Source: an uncultured delta proteobacterium
GTDB lineage: Bacteria > Desulfobacterota > Binatia > Binatales > Binataceae
DNA: 64,000 bases
Assembly: GCA_963842085.1 (NCBI GenBank)
Contig: CAWJET010000001.1
Location: 1,472,001 to 1,536,000, forward strand
Reading direction: 5' to 3'
The notes below the pieces were generated by a model, which saw only the letters and a list, made by a program, of their open reading frames with translations, was not told the origin of the DNA and searched no databases. Below, in pieces: positions 37,590-46,956 of this stretch. A program made the translations under genes and the position numbers. The stretch's first letter is position 1; each line of letters opens with the position of its first letter.

Positions 37590-39181
37590 CGCATCGAAGA
37601 TTCATCCCAGCTGTCATCGCGTTCGCACTCACCGCCGGATGCGGCGGAGGACCGCCTCCGCTCAACCTGCCGCCGCACGCGATGGTTTTGCGCCTCGCGG
37701 ACGCCGACGACGTCCCGACACTCGACCCAGCCGCCGGCTACGACACTGTTTCGTGGACATTCGAGCAGGCAATTTTCGACACCCTGGTGCGCTACGGCGA
37801 CGGCAATATCGAGCTCGAACCCGATATCGCAACCGCGTGGGAAAGCTCGCCCGACGCGACGACTTTCACATTTCATCTGCGCTCCGATGCCCGCTTTTCC
37901 GACGGCCGAACCGTGACCAGCGGCGACTTCCGCTATGGAATCGAACGCGTGCTGAATCCCGGCACGCGGTCGAGAGGGATGGAGTACTACCGCGGTATCG
38001 AGGGCGCGGCCGACTTCGCCGCGCATCGCGCCGCGCACGTCAGCGGAATCGACACGCCTGACAATTCGACGATCATTTTCCATTTGAGTGCGCCCGATCC
38101 GATCTTCGCGCACAAGCTTGCGATGCCGTTTGCGTCGGCCATCCCGCGCGACGTGGCGGAGAAGTGGGGCGACGACTTTTCGCGCCACGTCGTCGGCAGC
38201 GGCGCTTTCATGCTGCGCGACTGGATCGGTGGGCAGCGCATCGTACTGGTGAAGAACCCCTGTTACTTCGCCAGGCCATTGCCTCATCTGGACGCGATCG
38301 TCGAGTCGGTGGGCGTAAACCAGGAGCTGCAGTGGCTGCGCTTCGACGCGGGCCAGATCGACGCGGTGGTCGATATTCCGCCGGCCGAGTTCCCCTACGT
38401 CATGAAAACGCCGGCGCTGCGCGCACTGACCGTGGCGAAAACCACCGTCACGACCCGCTACCTCGGCATGAACTGCCAGATGTGGCCGTTCACCGACGTT
38501 CGCGTGCGACGCGCGCTCAGTTACGCGATCGACCGTCACAAGCTCATCGCCATATTGAACGGACGCGGCGTCGTCGCGCGAGGCGTCATGCCGCCGAACC
38601 TGCCCGGCTACGATCCCGACCTCAAGGGCTACGATTACGACCCGGCGAAAGCGCGCGCGCTGCTCGAAGAAGCTCATCTCGCCCGCGGCTTCGACTTTGA
38701 AATCTGGATGCGCGCCGACCAGACCATCCTGATGCTCGCGCAATCGGTACAGCAGGATCTCGCGCCGCTCGGCATCCACGCCAAACTGAAGCCGGTCGCG
38801 TGGGGGCCGTTTCTTGAAGCGATTCGCCAGCCGAAAACGGTGCAATCGTTCATGCAGGGATGGGAGGCCGACTTTCCCGACCCCGAAAATTTCCTCGGCG
38901 CGCTGCTTTCGCGCGCTCAGTGGGGCGCCAACAACGACAGTTTCTATTCCAATCCCGAGGTCGAGCGGTTGCTTCGCGAAGCCGAGCCGGTCGCCGACAT
39001 GAATAAGCGCTACGCGCTCTACGACCAGGCCGAGAAAATCGTCGTAGCCGACGCGCCGTGGGTTTTCCTCTACTACCCGGTGACCTACATAATCCGCCAG
39101 CCGTGGGTGCACGATTACGTGATCAACCCGATGCGCCCAACCCGCTTCGAGCACGTCTGGCTCTCTCCCCACCCGTCGTAG
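37586..39181 (+). CDS. ABC transporter substrate-binding lipoprotein (family 5)
   Basis: Lipobox LTAGC; TLDP, FSDG and D.RVRRAL motifs. Confidence 0.92.
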   Translation: MTHRRFIPAVIAFALTAGCGGGPPPLNLPPHAMVLRLADADDVPTLDPAAGYDTVSWTFEQAIFDTLVRYGDGNIELEPDIATAWESSPDATTFTFHLRSDARFSDGRTVTSGDFRYGIERVLNPGTRSRGMEYYRGIEGAADFAAHRAAHVSGIDTPDNSTIIFHLSAPDPIFAHKLAMPFASAIPRDVAEKWGDDFSRHVVGSGAFMLRDWIGGQRIVLVKNPCYFARPLPHLDAIVESVGVNQELQWLRFDAGQIDAVVDIPPAEFPYVMKTPALRALTVAKTTVTTRYLGMNCQMWPFTDVRVRRALSYAIDRHKLIAILNGRGVVARGVMPPNLPGYDPDLKGYDYDPAKARALLEEAHLARGFDFEIWMRADQTILMLAQSVQQDLAPLGIHAKLKPVAWGPFLEAIRQPKTVQSFMQGWEADFPDPENFLGALLSRAQWGANNDSFYSNPEVERLLREAEPVADMNKRYALYDQAEKIVVADAPWVFLYYPVTYIIRQPWVHDYVINPMRPTRFEHVWLSPHPS

Positions 39182-39224
39182 CTCCATAGTCAGATAGCGC
39201 CAACTTGGCTATGATTAAAGGATC

Positions 39225-39536
39225 ATGAAAAAAGCCAAAATCGCGGAACTACGTAATCGCCTCTCGCGATATCTGGATCACGTCCGCGCGGGAGGCTCGG
39301 TCGTTGTGTACGACCGTGATACGCCAATCGCCGAGATCGTACCTCTCACGCACAGCAAAACCCGGAGCAAGAAGGACCGTGACGAGGAGCGGCTGGCGCG
39401 ACTCGAGCGCAAGGGCGCGATTACACGCGGCACCGGCGATATGGCCGCATGGCTCAAGACTCACAAGCCCATCAAAATTCCTGGAGGCGCGGGCGTCCTT
39501 CAGGCATTGTTGGAAGAGCGGGAGAGTGGCTGGTGA
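39225..39536 (+). CDS. Phd/YefM-type antitoxin
   Basis: ELRNRLSRYLDHVRAG..V.V.DR..PIA; directly upstream of a PIN toxin. Confidence 0.88.
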   Translation: MKKAKIAELRNRLSRYLDHVRAGGSVVVYDRDTPIAEIVPLTHSKTRSKKDRDEERLARLERKGAITRGTGDMAAWLKTHKPIKIPGGAGVLQALLEERESGW

Positions 39537-39961
39537 GATTCTGGGACGCCTCGGCGCTGGTCCCAATATTCATCGAAGAAGCAGCGACTCCAGAAGTTGA
39601 GAGCTGGCTAGCCACCGATCACGGCATCGCAACCTGGATGATGACGCGTGTCGAAGTAATTTCAGCGATCGCGCGAAGGAAACGTGAGCGGCCGGAGATG
39701 GTGGCTCTATGGAGCCGCGCAATCCGCGACGTGAACGAAATGGCTTCAAGATGGACTGAGATCTGGGACGCCGACGCCACTCGCCTTCACGCTGAGCGCA
39801 TCGTCATGGACCATCCGTTGCGAGCCGCCGACGCCCTCCAGCTCGGCGCCGCGCTGGTTGCGGCCGACGGCGATCCGCAATCTCTGGAACTCGTCACTCT
39901 TGATCGCAGACTTGCCGAAGCGGCTCAGCGCGAGGGCTTCCCCGTGCTCGGTGTGCGATAG
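39533..39961 (+). CDS. vapC: VapC PIN-domain toxin
   Basis: FWDASAL, LRAADALQL and TLDRRL motifs; GTGA overlap with the antitoxin. Confidence 0.9.
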   Translation: MRFWDASALVPIFIEEAATPEVESWLATDHGIATWMMTRVEVISAIARRKRERPEMVALWSRAIRDVNEMASRWTEIWDADATRLHAERIVMDHPLRAADALQLGAALVAADGDPQSLELVTLDRRLAEAAQREGFPVLGVR

Positions 39962-39964
39962 ATC

Positions 39965-40999
39965 CTACGCCGTTGCTGCACTCCTTGCCGGTTCCGCGCG
40001 GAGTGCGGTCAGTTCGCGGCTGGCGCGCGGCAGGAACACCACTCCGATCAGTGCGTTGCACAGCATGAACGTCAGTTGTGCCGCCAGACTGTAGGCGACG
40101 ATCTTCGCCGCCGACGCGTTGCTCGAGAAGAACAGCAGCCACGCCGCCTGACTGGTCCCCAGATGAGCCACCGCAATCGGCAGCGCGGCGGCCAGGAATA
40201 CCAGCGGCAGAAACAGCATCAGCTTTGCGAACGGGATCGCGATTCCGTACAGCGCCAGCGCGTAGTATTGCGCGACGACCGACGCGAGGAACGTCGGCGC
40301 CTTGATCGCCAGCACTGCCAGGTAGTCGAGCGGACGCGCCTGGATGAACGTCGCCAGCAATGCGCCCGCCCTTCCCGTCTCGACCCAGTTGCGAATCGCC
40401 GCGCTGCGCCGCGCAATCGCGAAGAAAATCATGATTCCGGCGAGCAATGCCCATGCCGCGATATACACGATGCGAAGTATTGCAACGATTTTTATCTGCG
40501 CGTCGCCAACCGGCGTGTAGAAGATTACCCCGAGCGTCGAGAACAGAAAGAGTTGGTAAATCTCGAGCAGCGCGATGAACAGCACCGAGCTGAGCGCGCT
40601 CAGGAAGCTGACTCCGGCCTTGCGATGCAGATAATACGCTACGCCGCCCTGCGCGAGGCTCGTGTTGATCAGCGCCAGCACGTACATGCTCGCGCGTATC
40701 GGTAATATGTCGCCGTACCGCATCCGCGCGTTGAAGCGCCGCACCACCCAGGTCAGACACGCCGAATCGATCGCGCAGTAAAACAGGGAGTACGGCATGA
40801 ACACCGCCAGGAACTCGAGCACCGGCACTTGCGACAGCGCTTGCTCGACTTTGCGGATCGGGATGCGCCAGAAGATCAGCGCGAATATAGCGATGGTCCC
40901 GAGATACGGAATCGCCTTGCGCCACAGCGGCGTCGCGCGCGGTGCCGGAACTGCATCGCCTGTCGCGGCGCTCGAGTCGGGGCTCGGCCCGGCGCTCAT
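39965..40999 (-). CDS. Lysylphosphatidylglycerol synthase TM-like (flippase-like) membrane protein
   Basis: Many TM segments; LP(I/L)..LG motif. Confidence 0.65.
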   Translation of the reverse strand: MSAGPSPDSSAATGDAVPAPRATPLWRKAIPYLGTIAIFALIFWRIPIRKVEQALSQVPVLEFLAVFMPYSLFYCAIDSACLTWVVRRFNARMRYGDILPIRASMYVLALINTSLAQGGVAYYLHRKAGVSFLSALSSVLFIALLEIYQLFLFSTLGVIFYTPVGDAQIKIVAILRIVYIAAWALLAGIMIFFAIARRSAAIRNWVETGRAGALLATFIQARPLDYLAVLAIKAPTFLASVVAQYYALALYGIAIPFAKLMLFLPLVFLAAALPIAVAHLGTSQAAWLLFFSSNASAAKIVAYSLAAQLTFMLCNALIGVVFLPRASRELTALRAEPARSAATA

Positions 41000-41427
41000 G
41001 CGTCGCCAAGCCGGATCGCGGCGGTTCCGATCAGCACCTGTTCGCCGCGTTGATTGTCGACGTGGATCTGCAACTCGGCGCGATCCGCATCGACCGAGAC
41101 GATCTTCGCGTGCGAGGTCAAAGTGTCGCCGTAGAGCACCGGCCTGGTAAGCGACACTTCGATACGTCCGCCGCGGACGAAGCGCATGCCGAAGTTGTCG
41201 GCGAGGAATTGCGCGATTACCGCGATAGTCTGCTCGCCGCCGGCGATCGGCGCGACGAAGCCCGCCTTGCGCGCCGCGTCCTTGTCGTCGTGGATGTTTC
41301 CGCGCGGACGGCGCCGCGGCGGCTGCTCGATGCCTTCGTAGTAGGCTTTCGCCGCGGCCTCATCGAGCAGGTACGGCCCCGAAACCAGCTCCGCGCCGCT
41401 TCGAATCTCACCGCGCCAAGCACTCAT
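40996..41427 (-). CDS. MaoC-like dehydratase
   Basis: NIHDD..AARKAGF.APIA and PVLYGDTL motifs. Confidence 0.82.
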   Translation of the reverse strand: MSAWRGEIRSGAELVSGPYLLDEAAAKAYYEGIEQPPRRRPRGNIHDDKDAARKAGFVAPIAGGEQTIAVIAQFLADNFGMRFVRGGRIEVSLTRPVLYGDTLTSHAKIVSVDADRAELQIHVDNQRGEQVLIGTAAIRLGDA

Positions 41428-41873
41428 CGCATCTCCCCTTTGTCGTTCAGCAGCACCGACGTGATCGCCTGCCGCACCAGCAGCTTGTCCGTCACCGCGT
41501 CGCGCGATTCATATTCGAGCGTGAAATAAAACTTGCCGCGCTTGCGATACGTCGCGGTGATTTTGCCTTCGGTCTTGATCGCCTGGCCCACGCGCATCGG
41601 CTCGTGAAACTCGCACCAATGCTTGGCGTGCACTCCCCCCTTGCCGCCTTTCAGATGACCGGCGATGAGGAGCGCGTAGTCCTGCAAGCGCATCGTCGGC
41701 GACACGAGCGCCTCGGGATTCTGCGCGTCGGGAATGAAGTCGGGATTCGTGGCCTTGACCGCATCCGAAAATGCACGCGCCTGCTCCGGCGTAACGACGC
41801 AATAGATCGGCCCGAGACGCATCCCCTCGTGGAGGTTCTCGGGACTCATCACGAGTCTGGTGTCTTCGCTCAT
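41424..41873 (-). CDS. MaoC-like hotdog-fold protein
   Basis: GVHAKH..EFHEP..VG pattern; coupled to the MaoC gene. Confidence 0.7.
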   Translation of the reverse strand: MSEDTRLVMSPENLHEGMRLGPIYCVVTPEQARAFSDAVKATNPDFIPDAQNPEALVSPTMRLQDYALLIAGHLKGGKGGVHAKHWCEFHEPMRVGQAIKTEGKITATYRKRGKFYFTLEYESRDAVTDKLLVRQAITSVLLNDKGEMR

Positions 41874-41934
41874 CGTACCGATTGAACGACTTTAGCAGGC
41901 GTGCAAGATTCGGCGAACCGTGGTTTCGAGGGCG

Positions 41935-42615
41935 ATGCCGACCAACAGAGTCCCATACGCGCGCAAGGCGCGAACGCATCTTAGCAAGGCCGACCCGGTC
42001 CTCGCACGGATTATTGCCGAGGTCGGTCCGCTTGGAATCCAGCCGCGGCGCGAGCGCTTCCAGGCCCTTGCGCGCGCGATAATTTTCCAGCAGCTCGCGG
42101 GCGCCGCCGCCAACGCCATCTACGGCCGCTTCGTCGCGCTGTTCCCGGGCGTGGAATTCCCTTCGCCGGCACAAGTGCTCGCCAGGACCGACGCCGAACT
42201 GCGCGCCGTGGGCCTCTCGGAAAAGAAGGCGCTCTACATAAAGGACCTCGCCGCGCACATCCGGGACGGCAAGCTCGACTTCCATCGGTTCCATCGAATG
42301 ACTGACGACGAGATCGTCGACCACCTCACGCAGGTCAAGGGCATCGGCAAGTGGACCGCCGAAATATTTCTGATGTTCAACCTGGGCCGGCCCGATGTGA
42401 TGCCGGCCGACGACCTCGGCGTCCAAAACGCAGTCAAGCGACACTACCGGATGCGCCAACGGCCCAATCGCAAGCGCCTGCTCAAGCACGCCGAGCGCTG
42501 GCGTCCGTACCGAACCGCAGCAGCGTGGTATCTCTGGCGCAGCCTCGACATCGTGCTACCCGACGGCGGGACAAAACCGCGCGCGAAGAAGCTCCCCAAA
42601 CTCAAGAAGAGATGA
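41935..42615 (+). CDS. alkA: DNA-3-methyladenine glycosylase II (AlkA family)
   Basis: HhH KGIGKWTAE, PADDLG and WRPYRT motifs. Confidence 0.88.
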   Translation: MPTNRVPYARKARTHLSKADPVLARIIAEVGPLGIQPRRERFQALARAIIFQQLAGAAANAIYGRFVALFPGVEFPSPAQVLARTDAELRAVGLSEKKALYIKDLAAHIRDGKLDFHRFHRMTDDEIVDHLTQVKGIGKWTAEIFLMFNLGRPDVMPADDLGVQNAVKRHYRMRQRPNRKRLLKHAERWRPYRTAAAWYLWRSLDIVLPDGGTKPRAKKLPKLKKR

Positions 42616-42639
42616 GATTCATCCCCGGGGTTTGTACCG

Positions 42640-43056
42640 TCACTTGTTGGGTAGCTTCGAGGATTTGGGCAGGGCTGGGTTCATGTAGTCCCATGGTTGG
42701 GCACTCGCAGTGTAGATCTCCTGACTGGGACGAAAGGTGCTGGGATCGTCCAGGCTGCCGGCTCGAATCGTCACGATGTCAGGGCTGATGCCGGGTAGGC
42801 CGAAGAGAGTCGATCCGCACTGGGCGCAGAAGGCTCGCCGGGTCGTATGCCCACTGTCAGCCGTGAGTTCGAAGTACTTGGGGCTCCCTTGGATTACCCT
42901 GAAGGTTGCACTGCGAACCGCAAGTACTGGCGCATAGGCGCTTCCGGTCTCACGTTGACAATCGCGACAGTGACAATTCATGGAGAAGAGTGGTTCTCCT
43001 TCAGCTCTGTAACGAACGGCGCCACAGGCGCAACCGCCAAAAAATTCACCGCGCAT
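42640..43056 (-). CDS. GFA/CENP-V family protein
   Basis: GGCACG, CHCRDCQ and FCAQCG motifs. Confidence 0.9.
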   Translation of the reverse strand: MRGEFFGGCACGAVRYRAEGEPLFSMNCHCRDCQRETGSAYAPVLAVRSATFRVIQGSPKYFELTADSGHTTRRAFCAQCGSTLFGLPGISPDIVTIRAGSLDDPSTFRPSQEIYTASAQPWDYMNPALPKSSKLPNK

Positions 43057-43100
43057 CTCGATCCTCCTCTACCGGTTTCATCGATGTTGGGCGTCCCAGC

Positions 43101-43808
43101 TTACTCCGCGAGCATTGGATTTGGTTTCGAGAAGCCGAGGTTCGTCAGGGACGCGTCCAAAGCTCTGATGTCGTCAGACGGAGTCGGTGCGCGCTCCGCT
43201 AGAGCTTCCAGGCGCCGGCGCATTTCCTTGAGTTCCTTGTAGAGACTGCCGGACAGGCGCGCGATTACGATGAAACAGATCCACGGAACCGCTACCAGCG
43301 CCACAATCGTGATCGCGATCATGACGCGGGCCTGCGATTCGGCGCTGTTCGCGACCGCGATCAGCGCCGCGTCGTCGAGGCTCATCAGATCCGCCACCGT
43401 GCCTTCAAGATCACGCAGCCGCGGCTCGAGGCTGTCATCTCCCGGCGTCGCCGTGCGTAGCGCGTCGAACAGCGGGCGCGCGTCGTTGGCGATTTTCTCG
43501 ATGCGCTCGGCCTGCTCGCGGCTTCCGATGTGCGCTCGCGCGACCTCGATTTCAGAAATAAATCCGCGCTGCTGATCCATCACGATTTGCGACGCGTCGG
43601 GCTGCGTGCGTCCCCAGTCCATCTTGTAGAGCGCGTTCTCCATCCCCTGAGCCGCACGCGCCGCCGTATACTCGTTCTCGTAGATTTCCTGCGGCGCCGT
43701 GCCGAACATGCGAAACGCGCCTGCGATCACCGCGGCTGCGAGCAACAGAATCGCCGGCGCGATTGCGGCCACAAACCGGAGCTTGGTGACAATAGTCAGG
43801 TTATTCAT
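43101..43808 (-). CDS. Membrane protein with a periplasmic four-helix sensor-like domain
   Basis: Two TM segments flanking a helical domain; no output domain. Confidence 0.6.
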   Translation of the reverse strand: MNNLTIVTKLRFVAAIAPAILLLAAAVIAGAFRMFGTAPQEIYENEYTAARAAQGMENALYKMDWGRTQPDASQIVMDQQRGFISEIEVARAHIGSREQAERIEKIANDARPLFDALRTATPGDDSLEPRLRDLEGTVADLMSLDDAALIAVANSAESQARVMIAITIVALVAVPWICFIVIARLSGSLYKELKEMRRRLEALAERAPTPSDDIRALDASLTNLGFSKPNPMLAE

Positions 43809-43909
43809 GCCGTTTTTTTCCCGTCGTTGTCTCAAAGGATGCCCGCGACGGATGCGAAAACGCAACGCCCGATGTGACCGGCCGGCCGCGCTATGCAATA
43901 ATGCCCGCG

Positions 43910-44794
43910 ATGAACTTTGCCGATCGCCTTGCACATGCGTCGCGTTCCAAGGACAGCGTCGTCGTGCTCGGTATCGATCCCCAGCTCGACGCGCCGGGCG
44001 CTCCGGGAATCCCACCCGGCTACACCTTGGCGCGCTTCTGTTGCGAAATCGTCGAGTCGTGTGCGCGTTCCGCGATCGCGGTCAAGCCGCAGCTTGCGTT
44101 TTACGAAGCGCGCGGGCTGGAGGGGATGCGCTCGTTTTGCGAGGTCGTCAAGCTCGCTCGAAAACTCGGCTTGATCACGATCGCGGATGCCAAGCGCGGC
44201 GATATCGGCACGACGTCGGCCGCCTACGCGGAGGCCTTTCTCGGCGATGGCGACTTCGCCTGCGACGCCGTGACCGTCAACCCGTACCAGGGCAGCGACG
44301 CGCTGATGCCGTTTATCGCGAAGGTGAAAAACGGCCGCGGCGTATTTGTGCTCGTGAAGACCTCGAATCCGTCGTCAGGAGAATTTCAGGATCGCAACGC
44401 ACCCAACCGCCCGATATGGGAGTCGGTGGCGGAGCGCGTCAACGGATGGGGCGGCGATTTCGTAGGTGCGAGCGGACTCAGCCCCGTCGGCGCGGTGGTC
44501 GGCGCGACCTATCCCGTGCAGGCGCGGCGGGCGCGCGAGTTGATGCCGGCGGCAACGATCCTCGTGCCGGGTTATGGCGCGCAAGGAGGATCGGCGGCGG
44601 ACGCGATCGCGTCGGCGCGCGCGGACGGCACCGGATTCATCGTCAATGCGAGCCGCAGCCTGATGTACGCATATCGCAAAAAGGACGGCGCCAAGCCCGT
44701 CGAAGCCGCCGCCGAATACGCTGAAGCGATGCGCCTGGAATTGAACGCCGCCCTCGCAGCGCGCCGCACGGATGCGGTGGCGCGCACCGCGTAA
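43910..44794 (+). CDS. pyrF: Orotidine-5'-phosphate decarboxylase
   Basis: DAKRGDIG, VGATYP and PGYGAQG motifs. Confidence 0.95.
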   Translation: MNFADRLAHASRSKDSVVVLGIDPQLDAPGAPGIPPGYTLARFCCEIVESCARSAIAVKPQLAFYEARGLEGMRSFCEVVKLARKLGLITIADAKRGDIGTTSAAYAEAFLGDGDFACDAVTVNPYQGSDALMPFIAKVKNGRGVFVLVKTSNPSSGEFQDRNAPNRPIWESVAERVNGWGGDFVGASGLSPVGAVVGATYPVQARRARELMPAATILVPGYGAQGGSAADAIASARADGTGFIVNASRSLMYAYRKKDGAKPVEAAAEYAEAMRLELNAALAARRTDAVARTA

Positions 44795-44849
44795 TCTCGC
44801 TCGGCAATGATTAGTGTTAAGTACCCGCTTAGCCGGGCCCGACCCGCGA

Positions 44850-45410
44850 CTACGCGCGCATCAGTTCGGCTTCGTCGGCGGCGATGGTGGCGTAAACCTC
44901 GCGATCGATCTTGCGGTAGCGCTCGAGCGACTTCTCGGCCTGCTCTTCGTGGCCCTGCGCTTTGGCGATTTCGTGCATCTCTTTCTCGATCCACGACAGA
45001 TGCCACGATTCGTCCTTGGTGACGGCCTTCAGGACTTCCATCGTTTCCGGATCGACGTTGGGCAGCGCCATGTGCGCGTTGTAGCGGCTCTGGGCGCGCT
45101 CCTCGACCACGACCGTCAATGCGAGCAGGTCGATGATGGTTTTCGGCACTCCGGTGCGCAGTCCGAGCCGTCGCTGGTAGCCGTCGTCGATCAGGATCGG
45201 AGCGCCGCCGAGGTCCGAGATTCGCTTGGTCCAGAGGAAGGCGTGGCGGGTTTCGTCCGCCAGATGAGCCGTCATCTTGAGCTGCGCCTCGCCGTCCTTC
45301 ATATGGCCCAGCAAATTGAACAGCAGCCGCGCGCCTCTCAGTTCGGCGTCGCGATAGAAGCTGAAGACGAGAATCTGCTTCTGCGCCGCGGACATTCCGG
45401 TGAAATTCAT
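44850..45410 (-). CDS. Ferritin-like di-iron protein
   Basis: E..DETRH and E..DESWH paired ExxH motifs. Confidence 0.8.
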   Translation of the reverse strand: MNFTGMSAAQKQILVFSFYRDAELRGARLLFNLLGHMKDGEAQLKMTAHLADETRHAFLWTKRISDLGGAPILIDDGYQRRLGLRTGVPKTIIDLLALTVVVEERAQSRYNAHMALPNVDPETMEVLKAVTKDESWHLSWIEKEMHEIAKAQGHEEQAEKSLERYRKIDREVYATIAADEAELMRA

Positions 45411-45675
45411 CGTTCCCAGTGATGAGCTCAATACCAATCCTCCGTCAGACGTCAAGAGACGACGGTTAATGGCTAATATTAGCAGAGAAGACGGTTGCGC
45501 GTAACTTATGCGATCCCCCACGCATGGTCAAGAAAACTCGCGCCCGCGGACCCTCCCGAGAATACGATGAGGTTGCGAATCTTCGGCGTTGAGAACAACT
45601 TAGTTATATCACGGCGCCGGCGATTGCCGGAGTGACCGAAGGGAATCTTCGGCGATTTGTCGCGGGTGGTGCGCG

Positions 45676-46866
45676 ATGCCCTCACCAGACGTTTATTGGC
45701 TCGCATTGAGACGTGCGCGCGGAGTCGGTCCGCGAACCTGCAAACTGCTGATCGAGAAGTTCGGCGCGCCCGAAAAAATATTCCAGCTTGGTGCCGACGA
45801 GATCGCTGCCGCCGGCGTGCCGCGCAATACCGCGCGCAGCATCGCGGAGTTTCGCGACTTCGAACCGCTCGAGAAAGAACTGTGCGAGCTGCCCAACATC
45901 GGCGCGCGCCTGGTCAAATGGACTGACGCCGACTACCCGCCAAATCTGCGCCAAATCGCCGACCCGCCGCCGTACCTGTTCGTGCGCGGCACCGCCACAT
46001 TGACCGATACCACCTGTATCGCGATCGTCGGCGCCCGCGCGGCCAGCGACATCGGGCGGCGGATGGCGCAACGCCTCGGCCTCGAGCTCGCCGCCAAGGG
46101 CTTCACCGTCGTGAGCGGGCTAGCGCGGGGAATCGACGGCGATGCGCATCGGGGAGCGCTCGATGCGCACGGCAAAACGATCGCGGTCCTAGGATGCGGC
46201 GTCGACGTCATCTACCCCGCCGAGCATCGCAAGTTGGCCGAAGAGATTATCGCAAGCGGCGGCGCGCTCATCAGCGAGCTGCCGATTGGAATGCAGCCGC
46301 TGGCCGAGAACTTCCCGACTCGCAATCGCATCCTCTCGGGTTTGTGCCTTGGCGTCGTGATCGTCGAGGCGGCCGAGAAGAGCGGCTCGCTGATTACGGC
46401 GCGGATGGCGCTCGAGCAGGATCGCCAGGTGTTCGCCGTCCCCGGCAGCCCGCTCAGCGGCAAGACGCGTGGCAGCAATCGCCTGCTGAAGGACGGTGCG
46501 AAGCTGGTCGAATGCGTCGAGGACGTGATCGAGGAGCTCGCGCCTCAGATGGCCGGACCGCGGGTTGCGCCCAGCCGGCCAGAAGCTCCTGCGGAGCCGG
46601 TGATGGTCTGGGTCACGTCTAATGCGAGTGCGGAACCTGAGACCCCACCGTCCCCCGAGTCGGTGAAGGGCGCCAAGACCATCGAAGCAGTGACAGATAG
46701 CGCTACAACCATCTTAAATAATCTAAAAGACTCTGATAGACTCCATGTTGACTCCATAATCGAGTCCTCCGGGCTCAATGCTCAAACAGTGCTTAGGTTA
46801 CTTCTGGAACTGGAACTTGAGGGTCGCGTCACCCAGCACCCGGGCAAGCTTTTCTCGCTTGCATAA
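45676..46866 (+). CDS. dprA: DNA-processing protein DprA
   Basis: VSGLARGID, FPTRNRI and SGSLITA motifs. Confidence 0.95.
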   Translation: MPSPDVYWLALRRARGVGPRTCKLLIEKFGAPEKIFQLGADEIAAAGVPRNTARSIAEFRDFEPLEKELCELPNIGARLVKWTDADYPPNLRQIADPPPYLFVRGTATLTDTTCIAIVGARAASDIGRRMAQRLGLELAAKGFTVVSGLARGIDGDAHRGALDAHGKTIAVLGCGVDVIYPAEHRKLAEEIIASGGALISELPIGMQPLAENFPTRNRILSGLCLGVVIVEAAEKSGSLITARMALEQDRQVFAVPGSPLSGKTRGSNRLLKDGAKLVECVEDVIEELAPQMAGPRVAPSRPEAPAEPVMVWVTSNASAEPETPPSPESVKGAKTIEAVTDSATTILNNLKDSDRLHVDSIIESSGLNAQTVLRLLLELELEGRVTQHPGKLFSLA

Positions 46867-46956
46867 CTCTGGCAGGGTGTATGCCTTGCAGGATCCGGTT
46901 GCACCTCGCATGAAACCTGCATTGCTGGGAAGGGGCGCGCTGGAGGCGTGTAGTCA

